The position numbers and the translations under genes were made by a program. From Phoronis australis (lineage: Eukaryota > Animalia > Phoronida): a stretch of 64,000 nucleotides of DNA. The stretch spans positions 65,481 through 129,480 of the forward strand of contig NMRA01000426.1 in the NCBI GenBank assembly GCA_002633005.1, in the 5' to 3' direction. The first letter of the stretch is position 1. Each line of letters starts with the position of its first letter. The notes under the pieces were generated by a model, which saw only the letters and a list, made by a program, of their open reading frames with translations, did not search any database and was not told where the DNA came from. Below, piece by piece: positions 38,782 through 52,099 of the stretch.

Positions 38782-39873
38782 CTGTAATATTTGAAAAGAG
38801 GAGCGAAAACAAATATGAGTACAACTTTGAATTTTTCAAATCGGCCCAGGATAAGAGATTTTGCAACACAGCAACACTCACGATTACTTTCAATCGCCGC
38901 GCACGAATACAAAAATATAGGACCCAAGTTATTTAGATTTTGGAACACATGCATTGCAATATTCAAAATACGTTTATTATGAATTTTACAAGCTGTAAAA
39001 CGACATTGTTTAATTTCATTGTGCTCATTCATTGTCATCCGTCAAATCGGCAATTTCTGAGATGTGATCTGCGGCGTGCGCCTATGTGTACGAAACACGT
39101 GATTGTTATGTTCCTGAAGTACGAAAATTAAGAAACTTTAGCGTGTCGTTATTATTGACAGGGACACGATAAAACGAATTTTGATTTTGACTATAGTCTT
39201 GATACAGCGAGCTGGCTGACCACTGCGTCAGTGTCTCCGTTAGACCCAGAAATTTCACACAGACTGGGTAGTTCACTTCGTCCCCAACATGTAGATCGAG
39301 CCTTGGACTATTAATACTCCACGGTAGAGCTAACGACTGTCGGCCTGTGCACACAAAATCTGTGAGTTAACCAACACTCACCATGCACGTTGCAGCCGTT
39401 TAAATGAAAAAACAATCTAATAAACGCCATTTTCCTGCACAATCCTCCGCCTTTTGTAACAAAAAGTCTATCGTCGGTGACCCACACACTGGACTCCACA
39501 TGAACTTTAAAAATTGCAAAACATAAGGAAGATTTCAGGTAATTTGTTGAGTCGAAACTATATTTTTATTCAAGAGTTCAAGTTTTCCTATTGACGATGG
39601 CGATTCAGCGACGCATCAGTCAGCTTTCGCCCTGTGATGAGAACAATTTTTTGAAAAATTATCGTAATTTAACAACGGAAGTTCATAGCAATGTACCACA
39701 ATTTTGTAGAAAGACTGTCACAGGCTAAAAATACGTCACAGAGCGTAAATTTGATGAATCCTAGCTTCCGATTTTACCCGTTTGGGAAACCGGGTTTCAA
39801 CTGCCGTAGGCTGCAGTAAGAATCCCCTCCCCGTGAAATGAATTTTTCTAAGCGTTTATTAGAGCCAATACAG
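38782..39873 (-). mobile_element. Diverged relative of the 26368 TIR family
   Basis: 39525-39873 matches the reverse complement of 26368-26730; termini (TA)CTGTA..TACAG(TA). Confidence 0.55.
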
Positions 39874-39999
39874 TATACAGCTTTCCACCAAGGCTAGGTG
39901 ATGCTAGGACATTATTCTTTGTTGCATTAGTAACTGGTCTTGGCTAATTATCAATTTATGGCCTGGTCATCCATTCAGCCAAAAGCAGTTCCAGAGGTG

Positions 40000-40655
40000 G
40001 CTTATCAGCCAATTATTCACGCATGCTGACTCACAATAGAAGCCTGATAAGAGTGAAAGTGGATAAATGCCCTGTTTCTACAGTTTCTTATGCTAGTGGA
40101 TGTGTTCAGGACATGCCTACACTGTACTCGATGATTCTTAAGTGAGATACCCTCAACTACTCTCTAAAGCAAGTCATTCCACTAGCAACATGGAGACTTA
40201 AATGTTGAACCTCTGAAGTCTTCAAGCTGATTAGGGGTATCTGACCATACTTAACTCTAAGTTTAAAATTAAACAATCTGGTTATAATGTCAGATCTGTA
40301 AATGAACTTGCCATTACTTGAACATTTTCTTCAATGTTCTCAATCCTGAGTGGTACCAGACTGACAAACTATGCAGCAATGATCTGATAGCAACCACTGA
40401 CCTTGACTTTAGCTGCGTAATGAGTCTGATCGATAATTACTGTTCGCATTAGTTGTGTAACACCGACCATGTAAAATGTATTTGTAGCTTATTTAGTATT
40501 GTGTTAACCATATGTTCTGTTCTCTCTGTTTATACCATCCTTCTATTCGGGCGTATTTCTTTTAGTTGATAAACTTCTAATTTCTTGTCATTTCACTAGC
40601 ATGTTAATGTTAATTTATTTTTTTCCATATTGATTTGAAATAAACTTTCAATTAC
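40000..40655 (+). mobile_element. Very decayed LINE 3' remnant
   Basis: LATWRLK..EVFKLIRG-like fragment followed by a T-rich 3' region and AATAAAC end. Confidence 0.3.
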
Positions 40656-40838
40656 TTACAGTAATTCTTAACAAATTAAGCACACAATATGGCTGACAAG
40701 TGACATCCTACTTTTTCAAATTTGTCCACAAAAATAAACATTAAGAAGTGTTTAGTCCATTCCTACATTAACCATGGTTACTGTGAAAATGACCAGTGTC
40801 ATTCTTCATAAGATATGCTTTCTCTTATTTATTAACTT

Positions 40839-40950
40839 GTGCCTATTGAAAGCACGTCATATTTCCGTGTGTCTATTGAAAGCACGTCATATTTCCGTGT
40901 GTCTATTGAAAGCACGTCATATTTTCGTGTGTGTCTATAGAAAGCACGTC
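40839..40950. repeat. 30-bp tandem repeat x3-4
   Basis: Unit GTGTCTATTGAAAGCACGTCATATTTCCGT. Confidence 0.9.
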
Positions 40951-41312
40951 GTCAATGATACTATGAAAAAGAATGCATTTTGCGAGTCTCGCCTGATCAC
41001 TTCAGTGAAGTTTCGGTTTGACCTTTCCCATTACACCGAAGTTTCGGTGAGTATCAAAGGCTTGCTTTTAAATCCCAATATTTTCATCCAAGTTTTGTTT
41101 GCAGATTAACTACCTGAGCTAACAAAACTTCAGTAAAAGCAAAATTCAGCCTCTATTGAGAAAGCGACCTTACTTCACAGACTTGGTGACTTGTGACGAA
41201 GTCAAGATAAAAGACCGTAAGATGAGAATGTCACCTAGAGGCATATTATCCATGAATTATGAAAATGGAGACGAGCATATGTGTGACTCATTGAATTTCC
41301 TCTCAGTTTTAA

Positions 41313-41848
41313 AGAGGCGTGGAATGCGGTAAACAGACTAAATTAAAATATTGAAAGTGGTTCTTTGCCACTGAAACAGAATTCAGACTGCTCATCAGGT
41401 GTTTTTAGGGTTTGCTCGTAAAGATTTTTAATTTCTGTTGACATCAAAGAATTTTCTTTTAGTTTCAAACTTCAAAAGACGACCTGTCAACTGCTTGCCA
41501 CTTCGTCAGTTTTTTCCAACAAGGCAAAGCACGTCTCCTCCTTTGGTATAGCAAGATATAGCAGTTGTATATTTCCCAGGCATGGAAATTATAACCTTTG
41601 ACCTCAAGCAACTGACTGTGAGTGCATGCATGCACTTATCATAAGTGGGAGGGAGATTAGAAACTCTGTGGTTCCCACAAAGTTTTTTCGTTAGCAGGTA
41701 TTTCAAAAACTGTGAATTTTGTGATGTTTTTTCTGGAAATTTCCTCACACAGGAAAGTAAATGACTGTGTGCAAGACGTTGCAAGATGGTGCTTCCATCA
41801 GAAATTGTTTAAAAAATTTTTTGATGAGATTCCATGTTCCATGCCTCT
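41313..41848. mobile_element. TTAA-TSD MITE (Kolobok-like AG..CT termini)
   Basis: ttaa-AGAGGCGTGGAA ... TTCCATGCCTCT-ttaa; the same right end occurs at 30147-30158. Confidence 0.6.
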
Positions 41849-41917
41849 TTAAGTTTTAGCAGCTTTGAAAATATAAGCTCCTCCTACAGAGAGATTAAAT
41901 GGCAAGTGACAGTGGAG

Positions 41918-42408
41918 TAGGCCTTTATGCAGGGTAGGTCCTGGGCTAATATGGACGCCTGGCAAGGACCCCCAATGTATCATTTGGACGCCCACTGTCA
42001 ATAGGATCCTCTCAAGTTTGGACACATACATTGTAATGATTACCAGGAAGCCTCTGAAGGCTCACAGTGGGGGCTCTTTTTTCAAAGCAGGAAGAAATAT
42101 ACAATGTATATACAAAGTATATACAATGTTGCTATGCTCACACTTGGTTGATAGCATTGTAAAAGTCTTAGTCTGCACCAATTTTTTATTAAAAATGCTC
42201 ACTACAGAAGGCTGTTTTGTAAACGTAGATGTAAAAACCTTGGTCTAAGCATTTTTTTGTAAAAAATCTGTGTGTTTGGGGGGATTGCTGGGGGTGAGGG
42301 GTTACGCGTCTGAAATAAAGACGCCCTGGAATATTGGGAACCCCATTTTGAACACCCTATTTTCGAAATCCTGGACACCCTATTTTCGAAATCCTGGATA
42401 AAGGCCTG
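41918..42408 (+). mobile_element. hAT-like MITE
   Basis: TIR TAGGCCTTTATGCAGG / CCTGGATAAAGGCCTG; 8-bp TSD CAGTGGAG. Confidence 0.85.
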
Positions 42409-43111
42409 CAGTGGAGTGACGTATGCAGTACAATCAACTTGACACACTTCATACAATAGTTCTTTCTCTGCAATTTAAATACAAAAAAATGATAATCTCA
42501 TCCAAACCATTTTTTAAGAAATTTACCAATACATCTTACCTTACTCTTCCAGTTATTAAGAACAAATCTGGACCAGCAGGTGTAACTCAGTGAGGACCCT
42601 AAGATTATGCAGACAGCTCACTTTGACCTTCCTCTTACACAGCTGAACACCACAGTACGCCTATTATGACAGACCACCTGGCATCAAGCAGCGTACTANT
42701 CAATTTTTTCCAACAAGGCAAAGCACGTCTCCTCCTTTGGTATAGCAAGATATAGCCATTGTATATTTCCCAGGCATGGAAATTATAACCTTTGACCTCA
42801 AGCAACTGACTGTGAGCGCATGCATGCACTTATCATAAGTGGGAGGGAAATCAGAAACTCTGTGGTTCCCACAAAGTTTTTTCGTTAGCAGGTATTTCAA
42901 AAATCGTGAATTTTGTGATGTTTTTTCTGGAAATTTCCTCACACAGGAAAGTAAATGACTGTGTACAAGACGTTGCAAGATGGTGCTTCCATCAGAAATT
43001 GTTTAAAAGATATTTTGATGAGATTCCATGTTCCATGCCTCTTTAAGTTTTAGCAGCTTTGAAAATATAAGCTCCTTCTACAGAGAGATTAAATGGCAAG
43101 TGACAGTGGAG

Positions 43112-43602
43112 TAGGCCTTTATGCAGAGTAGGTCCTGGGCTAATATGGACGCCTGGCAAGGACACCCAATGTATCATTTGGACGCCCACTGTCAATAGGA
43201 TCCTCTCAAGTTTGGACACATACATTGTAATGATTACCAGGAAGTCTCTGAAGGCTCACAGTGGGGGCTCTTTTTTCAAAGCAGGAAGAAATATACAATG
43301 TATATACAAAGTATATACAATGTTGCTATGCTCACACTTAGTTGATAGCATTGTAAAAGTCTTAGTCTGCACCAATTTTTTATTAAAAATGCTCACTACA
43401 GAAGGCTGTTTTGTAAACGTAGATGTAAAAACCTTGGTCTAAGCATTTTTTTGTAAAAAATCTGTGTGTTTGGGGGGATTGCTGGGGGTGAGGGGTTACG
43501 CGTCTGAAATAAAGACGCCCTGGAATATTGGGAACCCCATTTTGAACACCCTATTTTCGAAATCCTGGACACCCTATTTTCGAAATCCTGGATAAAGGCC
43601 TG
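43112..43602 (+). mobile_element. hAT-like MITE (copy inside the duplicated block)
   Basis: Same TIRs and the same TSD CAGTGGAG as 41918-42408. Confidence 0.85.
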
Positions 43603-44279
43603 CAGTGGAGTGACGTATGCAGTACAATCAACTTGACACACTTCATACAATAGTTCTTTCTCTGCAATTTAAATACAAAAAAATGATAATCTCATCCAAA
43701 CCATTTTTTAAGAAATTTACCAATACATCTTACCTTACTCTTCCAGTTATTAAGAACAAATCTGGACCAGCAGGTGTAACTCAGTGAGGACCCTAAGATT
43801 ATGCAGACAGCTCACTTTGACCTTCCTCTTACACAGCTGAACACCACAGTACGCCTATTATGACAGACCACCTGGCATCAAGCAGCGTACTAGAAAGGCA
43901 ATCAAGCTTGTCACCAGTCTCATCATGTTACAACAATTAGGCAAGCAGCACTACTTACTTATTAATACACTGCCATGTTCACAAGTTATTCAAATTAGCT
44001 GGGACTGCACTACATATTATCTATCAAAATCTCCTACTCTGGGTGGACACGTAATGTTTGACTGTATCACACGTAAAGAAATGCAACCATCAATTTACCT
44101 TTTTCAGGAAGGAAAAAATAACACTTTCCAGTATCTGCTGACAAGATACAAAAGTGCTCACAACATTTTGTAAGCAGTACCATAGCTTAAGGCCATTACT
44201 GGACTGGTTGAGACAAGACCAGGATCACAAGGTTAGGTAGGCAGGCTAAAACAGTCAAAATTAGAACACACATTCATAA

Positions 44280-44530
44280 TCAAAATACGTAGACTGCCAA
44301 AATACGTAGATGGCCGAAATGCGTTGATGGCTGAAATACGTAGATGGCTGGAATACGTAGAAGGCCGGAATACGTAGATGGCCAGAATACGTAGATGGCC
44401 GAAATACATAGATGGCCGGAATACGTAGATGGCCGGAATACGTAGGTGGCCGGAATACGTAGATGGCCGGAATACGTAGATGGCCGGAATACCTAGATGG
44501 CCGAAATACGTAGATGGTCAAAATATGTGG
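44280..44530. repeat. 17-bp tandem repeat (GGAATACGTAGATGGCC)
   Basis: About 14 units, most homogeneous in the centre. Confidence 0.93.
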
Positions 44531-47019
44531 ATTGTCAAAATTATTGATTTACCAAATGTTTCCATGCATTAAGGTACGCATAAGTCAAAAATACATAAAT
44601 AAGATTTGCACTTAACTCTCTTAGTCTCATGTAGACATATTTAATGCCCAAAATGTGTCAAAGGTGAAACACTACGTAGTTCTCTCATGCTTCATCTGTA
44701 ATCAATCATACTAGCACTGCCATGACCTGTTTTTTGAAGCTCTCCCCCAGGCATAACTTACCTTAATTTTGCATTCGCCTCGATCATTGAAAAGTCCGCA
44801 GTCATTTCAATTCACCCGCTCCGTCCCCAAATAGTGCGTATGGGCTCATACGCCTGATGACAACTTCAGCAAAAACTGAATGAACTGACTTGGGGAACAT
44901 CGGTTTCAGAGGGCACTAAGCTGAGGTCACATGACAATGGAGGGGCATCAAGACAGCAGGTTGGTGCAGCATATGTCTGAAAACAGGTGGATGAGACAAT
45001 TAAAGAGGGCTGTTAGCAACATTGTATCGAACGAAACATTTGGAAATTTGAGGATGTTCTTCTTGGATGGTCAAACCCAAAACAAGGCTCAAGGTCACTT
45101 CCTGTCTTGAGTTTGATAAAGAAGTTTTGTTTTTCTCTTGAAATTTTAGGGTTCACTTTAATTTTGTTAAATTAAATATGTTAACAGTTTACTAAATGAC
45201 CCAAATGCCGTTTTGGTGTAATGCAAATTGTTAAAATGTTCTTAATTAAAAAGTGAAATAGTAAATCTTTTTCACCATCTTGTGTAAGTTTAATGATTTT
45301 TTGGAAAACCAAGTGCTTTCCAATATAACAAAAACTTGCAAATGTGTTACCAAAGTACTAAAACTGACAGCACTTTTGTTACTTTGGTACAATATTTATG
45401 TTTACAACTTCAGTTACACACGTGTGCATGTATTGTAATTTCATATTTCAACACCAGGTGACATTCACAAATTCAGTAATTAGCCTTAAATTTCCATTTG
45501 ATTGTAAAAGATGAGCACATTTCTATGATTTGTTGCCCCTTACAGAAATATTAATTTGATGAATCACACCTCATGGACATCAAATTTCATTGTTTTTAAA
45601 TGTATAAATTTAAAGTCAAATCTCATGGAAATGCCCAAGTTCAAACATGGTGACTTGTTACATTGACAAGAATGCTACCTTGACACCCAAACTTGGTCCA
45701 GTTTGGGCAACTCGACCAGTTTGCCTACCTCAGGAATTTCCACTTCAGATCAATAGGACCTCATTTTGTTGGAGTTAATTAAATAATGCCTCAAGCTGCT
45801 GATGTCATCGTTCACTGGGGCCAACAATTTTTTTCTTTTTAACTTTTGATTTGAAAGTTTTTAAATAGCATATTTGAATCATTCATGAAAACTAGATGTT
45901 TGGTTTTTGAATTTTTAAAAAATCGGACAAGAAATGTGACTTTTAGCCTGTGAATTTTAACCGAATGTTGCCCAGAGCTCGCATGTTGTGCTGTGCCTCA
46001 TTACTTCTGTGGGATGTGCAACATAATAAGCCAATTACCAAACCAGCAGGGAGCGCTGCATTTTGAGGTAGGCCAAGTGTCACAATTGGTGAAATGAAAA
46101 ACTAGACAAATGGCTTGGAGAGGCTTCAGTTTCAGTTGTTGGAATGTACGTCACAGACAGGGGAGTCGATACAACAGCTCCCACAGGTAACTCGTAAGTT
46201 GGCACATTACCTGATGAGGACCACCAAGCCCGCTCCACCCCCCCCCCCCCCCCCNAGGAGGCAGGCTTCCTGGCAGCTGATTCCTGGACCAACTCATGTT
46301 TACAGCTGCGAGTATACCACCATGCAGCTCTGCGCACCCCAGTTCAATTGAAAGTTTCGGTATTGATGAATTTTCCACCCGCTTTAGTACCCAGGTTAAA
46401 CTTGGTTGCAACACTTCCCAGAGTTTATCCTCAAAGTCAAAGAGCAAAGTAAAGTAGGTGGCTGCAGTGCAGAGGCGGGTGCGAAACTCAGGGCGAAAAC
46501 TCAGTGAAGCAGGCCCAGGTGGCAACTGGGGATTCAGATGAATGAATGGTTACAATTTTTGGAAAACTTGGCTTGTGCCCCGGCTACCCAATATGAACAA
46601 CGTTGATACCACGAGTCCTTGAGTTTATCTATTCCTCGAGTCCACCACTGGCACCAACACTCATTTCACGATTTTCACGTTTACGTCGTTGGGAAATTCG
46701 TCTGCCTGTTGCTTAATGCCTGGATGCTGGGCCTTGAACGATAACTTACCTCTAAATTTCTATACTGGTCTATTGGCATTGATTTGTTCCACAGTCATAC
46801 TGCCATTAGACCCTCTGAACAAATAATAATTTCTGTGAAATTGGCAGGGAACGGTGATGTCAACGGTGGAAGTAAAGCGCGCCGCAGCCAACATTCTGAC
46901 ACGTCCTGACAGCACATGTCGAGCGTTTTAGTCTTCTAAACACCAGGTGTCGCCACTGCACGGATAGCAAAGAACGTTCGATAGCAAGGCCACATGACCG
47001 CCAGTCCTCTAAATCGGAC

Positions 47020-47139
47020 TGACTCACCCAAAACAGGACCTCCGGAAATCAAATGGGACCGTCGCACCAGAAAACGGGACTGACGCACCCAAAAACATGA
47101 CCGGCCCACCAGAAAACAGGATCGCCGGGGACTGAACCA
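47020..47139. repeat. ~21-bp degenerate tandem repeat running into an N gap
   Basis: CACC(C/A)(A/G)AAAAC(A/G)GGACC-like units. Confidence 0.6.
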
Positions 47140-49360
47140 NNNNNNNNNNNNNNNNNNNNNNNNNNNNNNNNNNNNNNNNNNNNNNNNNNNNNNNNNNNNN
47201 NNNNNNNNNNNNNNNNNNNNNNNNNNNNNNNNNNNNNNNNNNNNNNNNNNNNNNNNNNNNNNNNNNNNNNNNNNNNNNNNNNNNNNNNNNNNNNNNNNNN
47301 NNNNNNNNNNNNNNNNNNNNNNNNNNNNNNNNNNNNNNNNNNNNNNNNNNNNNNNNNNNNNNNNNNNNNNNNNNNNNNNNNNNNNNNNNNNNNNNNNNNN
47401 NNNNNNNNNNNNNNNNNNNNNNNNNNNNNNNNNNNNNNNNNNNNNNNNNNNNNNNNNNNNNNNNNNNNNNNNNNNNNNNNNNNNNNNNNNNNNNNNNNNN
47501 NNNNNNNNNNNNNNNNNNNNNNNNNNNNNNNNNNNNNNNNNNNNNNNNNNNNNNNNNNNNNNNNNNNNNNNNNNNNNNNNNNNNNNNNNNNNNNNNNNNN
47601 NNNNNNNNNNNNNNNNNNNNNNNNNNNNNNNNNNNNNNNNNNNNNNNNNNNNNNNNNNNNNNNNNNNNNNNNNNNNNNNNNNNNNNNNNNNNNNNNNNNN
47701 NNNNNNNNNNNNNNNNNNNNNNNNNNNNNNNNNNNNNNNNNNNNNNNNNNNNNNNNNNNNNNNNNNNNNNNNNNNNNNNNNNNNNNNNNNNNNNNNNNNN
47801 NNNNNNNNNNNNCCCCCCCTCTTGGCTGCTACCGCAAGCAAAATGAAACAGCAACAGCGTGAAGCGTGAAGCAGGACCGGTAGCGGACAAGGGGAGGCTC
47901 ACAGACCCCAAATCGAAGTGGAATCGTGTTCCCTGCGTTTTTTTTTTAGTCCACCGACACATTTTCTGAATGGGAGGTGCACATCCCCAGCCCCCGCAAC
48001 TTTCGGGCCGCCTGTGCACATACAGTCGTGCTTTGACCAATTCCCCGAGGCAACATGTTGCCCCCCCTAATTCCTAGATCCTCCACTGAACATATACACA
48101 TCAAAAACGTTAGATAACTTCGGCCCCCTTTTCATCTCTGGTAACGAGCTTGTGACGCACGCATTTTTGTCGTTGGATACAAATGTCCATCATAAGAATT
48201 GTAATTTCAAAGATATTTTTTCAACGCTCAGAACGGACACACAAAGAAAGTTGTTTTAAACGATTTTGAAAAGTACCTCAACCAAGAGGCAAGGGTGTCG
48301 AAGGAAGAAATCTGTGAGCGACGCAAGGCCTACGGCGATGCTGTTGCTAACTATCAGGCTGTTGCAGTGAAGAACAAACAGATGGTTTGGGATGATTTCT
48401 GTCAGAGTTCTGACCCCGGAGACCCATCAATCACCAGCAAATTCTGGAATCTGGCTAAGGAAATGAAAAGAATCTTAACCGGAGCAGGACCTGCACCTCA
48501 GCTTATCCAGGGACCTAATGGTAAGACGCTTGCTACAGACCAGCAAAAAGGCGAAGCCTTCCTTCTAAGATACCAGAACCAACTGCACCCAGATGGCCTT
48601 GACATTGTCCAGCAAACATTACGCACAGTGAACCAGCATATCGAGGAGAATGATCAAAACAATGAGCAACCAGTCTCACTTGAAGAACTAGATGCAACCA
48701 TACGTTCGATAAGTAAAGACTCGCCTCCCGGGCCGGATGGAGTTAAATACTCTAACCTGAAAAGCATGAGCACAGAGGAGAAGAGTCAGCTCCTTCAGAC
48801 GATAAACAGTTCACTTGTTGATGGAACCATGGACCAGGATCTTAGAGACTGCAGCATGGTGGTTCTTCCAAAGCCGATGAAAGACCATAACAAACTGAAG
48901 GGATACAGAATCATCACCATGGCGAACACCTGCGCAAAAATTTCGGAAACAATTGTAGTGCAGCGACTAGCATATGACTTAGAGAGACGTGGCTGTCTTT
49001 CCACGAGAGTTGGAGGAGCTAGACCAAGAAGATCCACTGTCTCCAACGTTGAAGCGATACTGCATGAAATTCAGCCAGGAATGCAGGTTTCGCAACACAC
49101 TGCAATTGCTCTCTTCGATCTGGAAGACGCATACAACAAAGTGGATGTGGGTATTCTTGCCAACAAACTCAGACAAATGGAGGTGTCCGATATGACGATC
49201 TGTTGGATTCTAGTCTTGCTGGATACCCTCAGATGTCAACTCAAATTCGGCAAGTGGAAGTCAAGCATCTTTGAAGCAAGCTCAGGCCTCCCACAAGGGT
49301 CCCCTCTCAGCTCAGTGCTCTTTAACGTCTACACGACAGATCTCATACAAGCAGCAAGTG

Positions 49361-49899
49361 CATGACAGCGTTTTCCCGTTCCGTCAGTGACTTTACCAAA
49401 CGTAGGGGGTTCTGAGCGTGTGATAACATCTAGCTTCCTTGTTAACTGCCAAGTACAGTCGTCTGTCTGTTATGACAACAAGCAGGCCAATTATCTACCA
49501 GGCTTATCCAGACCATGTATCAACACAGTCAAACTCGGAGTGAATTGGTGTATTCGAAAAGAATAGATTGTCGTAACTTCGGTTGTAGTTGGGCGATTTT
49601 GGCAATACAAAAACCAAACATGATCACCATTTGACGAAGATTTCAGAAATGCTATTGGTTTTTGTTCAAATATGTTATAACTTATGTTTTATTTTTAACA
49701 GCACATCCCAGTCAAGGTGGATACGATCTCATTGGAGATTAGAGCAATTGTCGAACAAAAGAGAGCTGGCCCTCCAACCATAAATGCCAGAATGGAGTTA
49801 ATCAGTCGTATAAGATATTGGCTACAGGGGTAAACTTTCCAACTTGTTGTTGGGCTATAGAATCGAAAAAGTTGGGAGCAACGGGAAAACGCCGTAATG
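49361..49899. mobile_element. P-element-like MITE inserted in the RT ORF
   Basis: TIR CATGACAGCGTTTTCCCGTT / AACGGGAAAACGCCGTAATG; degenerate 7-bp TSD GCAAGTG/GTAGGTG; removing the element and one TSD restores ..AASGASPYSYVDD. Confidence 0.75.
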
Positions 49900-50205
49900 G
49901 TAGGTGGAGCTTCACCATACAGCTATGTTGATGACTTGATAGTCGCCAATGAGGCGAACACTCCAAGACATGCCGTAGAGGGCCTGCAATCAGCAAGTGA
50001 TGGTGTGGCCGATTGTACCGAAGACAACAAGAAGTCCATCCAACCAGATAAAGGGGAATGGATGTTAGCCTCACGAGGTTATTTCAACCCAAGCATCTTC
50101 ACATTGGGATATATGGGAGCCTTGATACCTCAAGTCCCTGAAGTTACCTATCTAGGAATTACGATGGATCGAAGAATGACGATGAACTCCTATGTCGAAG
50201 TACTA

Positions 50206-50477
50206 CCCTTACAAAAATAAACTTAAGTTTTTCGCTGAAACTTAAGTTTTTGGCGAAAAAACTCAAGTTTTTGGAAAATAAATTAAGTTTTAGAGGAAAA
50301 ACTTAAGTTCTTCCGAAAAACTTAAGTTTTTAAAAGAAACTTATGTTTTTAAAACTTAAGTTTTTCGCCAAAAACTTAAGTTTTTGCAGCACAATGATAA
50401 GTTTTTCAGAAAACTCAAGTTTTTCGGACCAAAAACTTAAATTTTTCGATGAAAACTTAAGTTCATTTTTGTAAGGG
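50206..50477. mobile_element. Foldback MITE (CCC termini, 2-bp TSD; EnSpm/CACTA-like)
   Basis: TIR CCCTTACAAAAAT(A/G)AACTTAAGTTT, TA on both sides; interior is about 12 copies of palindromic AAACTTAAGTTT. Confidence 0.8.
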
Positions 50478-52099
50478 TAGCTGAGAAAGGTGCCTGTCAC
50501 TGTTGAGATGTGCAGCAGCCCAACAGATCCAACAAAAGAGCCTGGTGCAGCTCATGAATGCAACTGTCGGCGCAAGAACTGAGTATGGGCTCCATCTGTG
50601 CCTATGTGCCTCCCAACAGTCAATGACCAAACTACAGAGGATTCAAAACCAGGCCATGAGGATAGTAACCATTGCAGCTAGACCCACTCCGGTAGACAGT
50701 CTCCAATACTGGTTAGGTATCAATAGCATCCGTACTAAACAGAAGACACTAGCAGCCCAAGCATATTTCTAAAGGCAGCTACAATTATCAGCTCTCATCC
50801 TCTGTACCTGGACTTGAGCTGAGCATAGTGATGAGCACACTACACAGAGGCTGAAAACTGTTCAATCATGGGTTATCAGAGCTAGGGAGCTTGTCGAAGA
50901 GGTATGTCCAGTGGAGAACATCAACAGCATAGAGTGGTCAAAAGCCACAAACTTTGTCATCAACACCATGGAGATTGGAGGCCGTCATTGGCGGGAAAGA
51001 GCTGACTGTATCAACCAAGCAACTATATTGGAATGGCTTGAAGAACAATCTCCCTCAATCAGTGTTGCAACGGACGGCTCACTAAGAGATGACACTACGG
51101 CTTGGACAGCAGTTGCTTGGATTCGAAAGGGTCAACGCCTCTTCGAATGATCATCAGCACGGGTTGGAAAATCCTCGTCTTTTAGAGCTGAATGTGAAGC
51201 ACATGAAGACGCCCTAGTCTGGCTCTGACAGAACACAACACATACAGACAGATCATTTCTACTTACAGACTCCCTCAGCCTCATTAGCAGGCTAAAAACT
51301 GGTCATGTGAAAGATTCCTGGATCCCTCTGTTCAGCTTTATATACCAGGACACTGTGGCATCTCATTCAACGTCAAGGCGGAAGAGCTTGCAGTATTCGC
51401 AGAACCGATTGCCGACCTGCTCCTCACACCAGCAAATGTAATCTCCAGAGTGTGTGAATTGCTTACAGATACCGAGATTGTACAACAGCAGAAGAGATGG
51501 GCAACAGAGCGCCTCATAGAGCGAGGATGGCAATACGGAGATGCAGCAAAAACTCGTATCAGGGGAAAAGATCGAAGAGTCTTTAACCAGCACGAACTTG
51601 GTTACATCTCCAAATTTACATTGTGTTCGATACTGGAAGGAGGAGGGCCAGAGACTATCCTGGTGCCTACCCTCTGACGTCACCACAGAAACAGAAACGA
51701 TTTTGATGAATAACCATTAGTTTCCTGTAAACTTTCGTAGCAAAATTTTAATAACGTTGAGTAGTTACCTTTGAAGATTTACAACTAACCAACATTACCT
51801 CAAAAATGTATTTTCGGCAGTTAAGCCGAACTTGTGTGCCCCCTTAAAGTTAGATCAGTAAAGCCGAGCTTGTGAGCCCCCTTGAAGTTAGATCATAAAC
51901 CCAAACTTTATCTGAACAAATACTATAGGCCCTAATTAAGAAAAAAATGCATCTGTTGCCGTGTATAGCCAAGGGAGACGAGGGCAGGCGCTTACACCCT
52001 CCAAGGACCTAAATGTTGTCATCAGCTTGGTAACGGACAATTCAGCACCACTGCTTAGCGGACGCAACTAATGCACATTTATTACGGAAATGAATCAAT

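Larger units (their letters stand above)
41506..43892. repeat. 1193-bp tandem duplication joined by a single N (42699); probable haplotype or assembly overlap
   Basis: 41506-42698 matches 42700-43892 with scattered substitutions. Confidence 0.9.
48285..51700 (+). mobile_element. 5'-truncated, decayed non-LTR retrotransposon with RT and RNase H (I-group-like; clade not determinable here)
   Basis: RT motifs: SPPGPDGV, YRIITMANTCAKISE, LFDLEDAYNKV, SGLPQGSPLSSVLFNVY, YVDD, YLGITMD. RNase H motifs: VATDGS, SSFRAECEA, LTDSLS, YIPGHCGISFNVKAEELA. Contains stops and two MITE insertions. Confidence 0.9.

Noticed and set aside
41180-41333. Plus-strand exon-like ORF (VTCDEVKIK...KRRGMR)
   Set aside because: Its 3' end and apparent donor lie inside the TIR of the TTAA MITE starting at 41313, and there is no homology support.
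41506-43892. Biological segmental duplication
   Set aside because: The copies meet at a single N and share the same MITE and TSD, which is typical of overlapping allelic contig ends.
44261-44521. 86-aa repetitive ORF
   Set aside because: It is the translation of a 17-bp tandem repeat.
46080-46900. Possible transposase remnant on the minus strand (AWWYTRSCK-like)
   Set aside because: Only a vague resemblance, with many stops and no termini identified.
46936-48040. 301-aa and 338-aa ORFs
   Set aside because: They consist almost entirely of X from the 673-nt N gap.
48295-49365. Intact or domesticated RT gene, or a prokaryotic retron/DGR-like RT system
   Set aside because: The ORF is truncated by a MITE before YVDD, downstream parts have stops and frameshifts, and the motifs and RNase H are those of a non-LTR retrotransposon.
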